A DNA stretch of 46,531 bases from assembly GCA_964528215.1 (NCBI GenBank), contig CAZGSA010000001.1, forward strand, positions 1 to 46,531, read 5' to 3'. The stretch is from Candidatus Woesearchaeota archaeon. Its GTDB lineage: Archaea > Nanobdellota > Nanobdellia > Pacearchaeales > GW2011-AR1. The position numbers and the translations under genes are program-made. Numbering within the stretch: the stretch's first letter is position 1; every line of letters starts with the position of its first letter. Shown in pieces: positions 44,501 to 46,531 of the stretch. Under the pieces are notes generated by a model, which saw nothing but the letters and a program-made list of their open reading frames with translations, had not been told where the DNA came from and searched no databases.

Positions 44501-46531
44501 CTGGGCAGGATTATCTGATGAAAGCTATAAATTTAATACTACAACCTATGATAATGCAAGCAACTCAAATTCAACAGACACAAGAACAGTCTTAATAGAC
44601 ACAACAAATCCTCTGATAACAATACTCTCTCCAACTACTCAGACCTATACAACTTCTTCTATTAATTTTAACATAAGTGCTAGTGAGAATTTAAGCTCTT
44701 GCTTAGTTAGCATTAATAACTGGAAGACAAATCATACAATGAGTTTAAATTCTAGTTTAATAGGGGCTGGCCATACAAATTCTTCTATGACAGATGGAAA
44801 TCATACTGCAAGATTCTCATGCAATGATACATTAGGAAATAGGAATAATACAGAATCAATAAGTTTTACAATTGACACAACAAATCCTGTAGTAAACATT
44901 CATTCTCCATTAGATAATCAGTATTTTAATTATAATGAAAGCATAGCCTTAAACTATAGTATTTTAACAAATGATACTGACTCTTGTTGGTATTCTATAA
45001 ATAATCAAGAAAATCAATCAATTCCAAGTTGTATAAACATAACTTTGAATTTATCAGAAGGAAATAATCTAATTAATCTCTGGATTAATGATTCTGCAAG
45101 TCTTAAGGGAAGTGATAGTGTTAACCTCACAATTGATTTGACTTTACCTATAATTCATCTGATATCTCCTTCAAATAATACTCAGAATAATACTGCAAAT
45201 ACTATTGATTTTTATTATGATGTTTTAGATGCAAATCCAATATCTAACTGCAGTTTGATTATCAATGAAGTTTTAAACACAACAATTCATAATCCATTAA
45301 AAGAACAGACAAATAATATAACAATTTATCTTTTAAACGGAGAATATAATTGGAGTATAAATTGCACAGATATTGCAAAAAATAAAAATTTAAGTAAAAC
45401 AAGAAATCTTAGTATAGATTATTCTATTATTATTGATGATTCTGAATTTGATGGAAACTCTACTAGTTTTCCTGCTCCTACTGCCGGAGGTGGTGGGGAA
45501 GGTGTAAGTGGTACTGAGAGGACAGATACAAGTAATCTAATCTCAATTGCTAATTTAACTCTAGAAAAAAGAGCCTATGGAAAAATAAATTTTTTAGAAA
45601 ATTTAGATTTATCTAAAGATATTGAGAATTCAGTTCTTAATTTTAGTAAATATGTTAATATATCTCAAAATAGGATTGAAGTAAATTCAACAGCATTAAC
45701 AGGATTAAATACAAATGCAAGATTAATACTCTATAATTTAACATTTAATAATCCTCAAGTCTTAAGAGATAGTGTTGTTTGTACTGATTGTGTTGAAGAA
45801 GATTATACAAATAATATTTTAACTTTTACAGTTCCTGGTTTTTCAGTTTATTCTGCAAGGGAGACTCCCGTTGTTATTGAAACTCCGGGTTCAACAGGGG
45901 GTAATTCTATTAGTAATTCTGGAAGAGATGTAAGAATTCCTGGAATATGTTACAAAGATGCAGATTGTGATAAAGGTTATAGTTGCTATGAATCCAAATG
46001 TGTCAAATTATTTGATGTAGAAATAAAAGTGATTAATTCACTAATAGAACATCTTAATTTTGAATTAGAATATCTTGTAAAAGGTATGGCTGAAATTAAT
46101 AGTGATGTTGTAATAGAATTTTGGATTGAAGATTCAGGAAAAAAAATAATGTTGGGAAAAGACACTATTTATTTAGGGAGTTTTGAAGAAAAAAGGAAAA
46201 CAACACAGTTAAATCTTCCCTATGAAATTTCAGATGGAGCCTATGATTTATATGTTCAATCAGGTTATGGAGATTATAGGGCTCAATCTTTTAGAAAAAT
46301 AAATATAAAAATTCCTGAAAAAATAAGAAATAAAGAAAAATCAGGAGAATCCTCAGGAACACTTTATACAAATAATAATATCACCCTGTTATTGTTAATC
46401 TTAATTTTATTCTTGATAATTTCCATAATTTTCCTAGTAATAAAAAAGACAAGAACTTTAATTTTAAAAGGATTAGCTTATATTGTCTATAAAATTAAAC
46501 ACCCTAAAATAGAAATTTCTTTTGAAGATAT
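41562..46531 (+). CDS. Giant surface protein (partial, runs off the window): N-terminal anchor, beta-propeller-like region, tandem Ig-like repeats, C-proximal TM helix
   Basis: My manual translation from the ATG at 41562 finds no in-frame stop to 46531 (1,656 codons). It is absent from the ORF track, presumably because it has no stop. N-terminus MNKNHLIFLIFCILILTFIFI. Repeated motif DSCWYS...NIT..W.EG.HN.TIWAND. Hydrophobic helix ITLLLLILILFLIISIIFLVI near the end. Very many N-x-S/T sequons. Confidence 0.85.
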   Translation, partial: MNKNHLIFLIFCILILTFIFIENTIPVLALVTNITGTTHTYSSSTYGAVAYDENYVYLGYMSAGPFALYKNNLTLVSSFTAYHPATMVSDGTFLYVEAYSDSTLKKIRIDNGSIEWSIAGGWQQFNWMDIDDNGNIYVPFYSQSKYKKIYNNGTTAWEYQDSQSSRSMSASDDGEYVYGIGNAGTLYRLNSTNGNVICSTSTPSQYGQIAVVSSGDYNGYAFIASSVNNRWYFVAPNCTIMWNYICTDSSSSHYPLGALVDGDSQLIGGGGKTVVILSTNGSLIQSRAVTQSIHEMRLDLTGQAIYTSSNSVGTYQRIGITVSGLSIISPESDFYTNNNNLNISYTISENTQSCWYSNDTRSRNISLGNNGNCQNITTVFWTEGQHNVTIWANDSNGHINTNSVTFNIDNTSPLLNITYPLNTTYDTRATNLNYTYSDIDAGYCWYSTDNGANNSTLLSAGENFTGLSSSGGSNLWTLYCNDSSGNINLTSIAFTTTFPIIELELVSPTESINVTQNQFFEVRARISCSNNNCGEVNVTLDPIYGAGTNYTLYNDSESLGDNYEWNDISEDGTLVSFSSNDDGTSTANIDFNFSFYEVNYTTAYLSSNGRIHFTTTSAGNTQLSIPSSSYKLIAPVNNDMYVRALTKVYVKNATNPTRMIIQYSNLSYFSYSTTYISYQVILYEAGKIIIQYHPDNQDYYASNNLGLNHNSSDYLMLGADAPDQYKGMALTFLPLGYNSATAKGGTISTNPNTTPFYTNITNPYNLTLNNGDSDTIIWWVNATGDINETYEFFIYTNKTSDLDNSDITSKWNVTILSNGTYVSGVDESAPTITFNSPANNSFSSDTGLDIDLTISDPNLDSCWYTYDNVNINTSLGSGGSCSDITSLTWTEGKHNITIWANDTGGYGGSSLLSFRIDTTNPLIGYSLETEEDNAKLTRNNLYVEVSVTEANKKNITFNLYYLNGTSLNSTTYLDSTYNINWAGLSDESYKFNTTTYDNASNSNSTDTRTVLIDTTNPLITILSPTTQTYTTSSINFNISASENLSSCLVSINNWKTNHTMSLNSSLIGAGHTNSSMTDGNHTARFSCNDTLGNRNNTESISFTIDTTNPVVNIHSPLDNQYFNYNESIALNYSILTNDTDSCWYSINNQENQSIPSCINITLNLSEGNNLINLWINDSASLKGSDSVNLTIDLTLPIIHLISPSNNTQNNTANTIDFYYDVLDANPISNCSLIINEVLNTTIHNPLKEQTNNITIYLLNGEYNWSINCTDIAKNKNLSKTRNLSIDYSIIIDDSEFDGNSTSFPAPTAGGGGEGVSGTERTDTSNLISIANLTLEKRAYGKINFLENLDLSKDIENSVLNFSKYVNISQNRIEVNSTALTGLNTNARLILYNLTFNNPQVLRDSVVCTDCVEEDYTNNILTFTVPGFSVYSARETPVVIETPGSTGGNSISNSGRDVRIPGICYKDADCDKGYSCYESKCVKLFDVEIKVINSLIEHLNFELEYLVKGMAEINSDVVIEFWIEDSGKKIMLGKDTIYLGSFEEKRKTTQLNLPYEISDGAYDLYVQSGYGDYRAQSFRKINIKIPEKIRNKEKSGESSGTLYTNNNITLLLLILILFLIISIIFLVIKKTRTLILKGLAYIVYKIKHPKIEISFED

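Overview
Strongly AT-rich archaeal sequence. The evidence is an archaeal DTD2-type D-aminoacyl-tRNA deacylase, a Dph6-type PP-loop enzyme, class III signal-peptide pilins, FlaI/FlaJ-type pilus machinery and BRE/TATA-like promoters. The gene content resembles a small-genome DPANN-like archaeon, but that is inference only. There are four blocks. (i) 142-12553 is a type IV pilus-like locus. A minus-strand operon encodes six prepilin-like or anchored proteins, including a 926-aa vWA adhesin candidate and a small Cys-rich protein. It is divergent from a plus-strand operon with a FlaI/VirB11-type ATPase and two single-domain T2SSF platform genes, followed by a KaiC/ArlH-like ATPase and a probable major pilin. 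(ii) 12.9-20.7 kb holds housekeeping and energy genes: TsaC/Sua5, DtdA, a two-subunit group-3-like [NiFe] hydrogenase with its maturation protease, a two-subunit 2-oxoacid:ferredoxin oxidoreductase, and a Nudix hydrolase. (iii) 20889-40862 is a head-to-tail tandem duplication of a 9,980-bp unit, with no differences seen, joined through a 14-bp microhomology. Each unit carries an acyl-CoA synthetase, secreted Cys- and Tyr-rich proteins, a Dph6-like gene translationally coupled to a GATase, an NTase pair, YbjQ and an MFS transporter. Each unit also carries an intact tRNA-Ser(GCU) followed by three promoter-bearing, T-arm-less tRNA-Ser-like elements interrupted by a hairpin module. (iv) 41.3-46.5 kb has a small wHTH regulator with palindromic operators, overlapping the start of a >1,650-codon surface-protein ORF that runs off the window and is absent from the supplied ORF track. 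No CRISPR array, rRNA, transposase or integrase was recognised.
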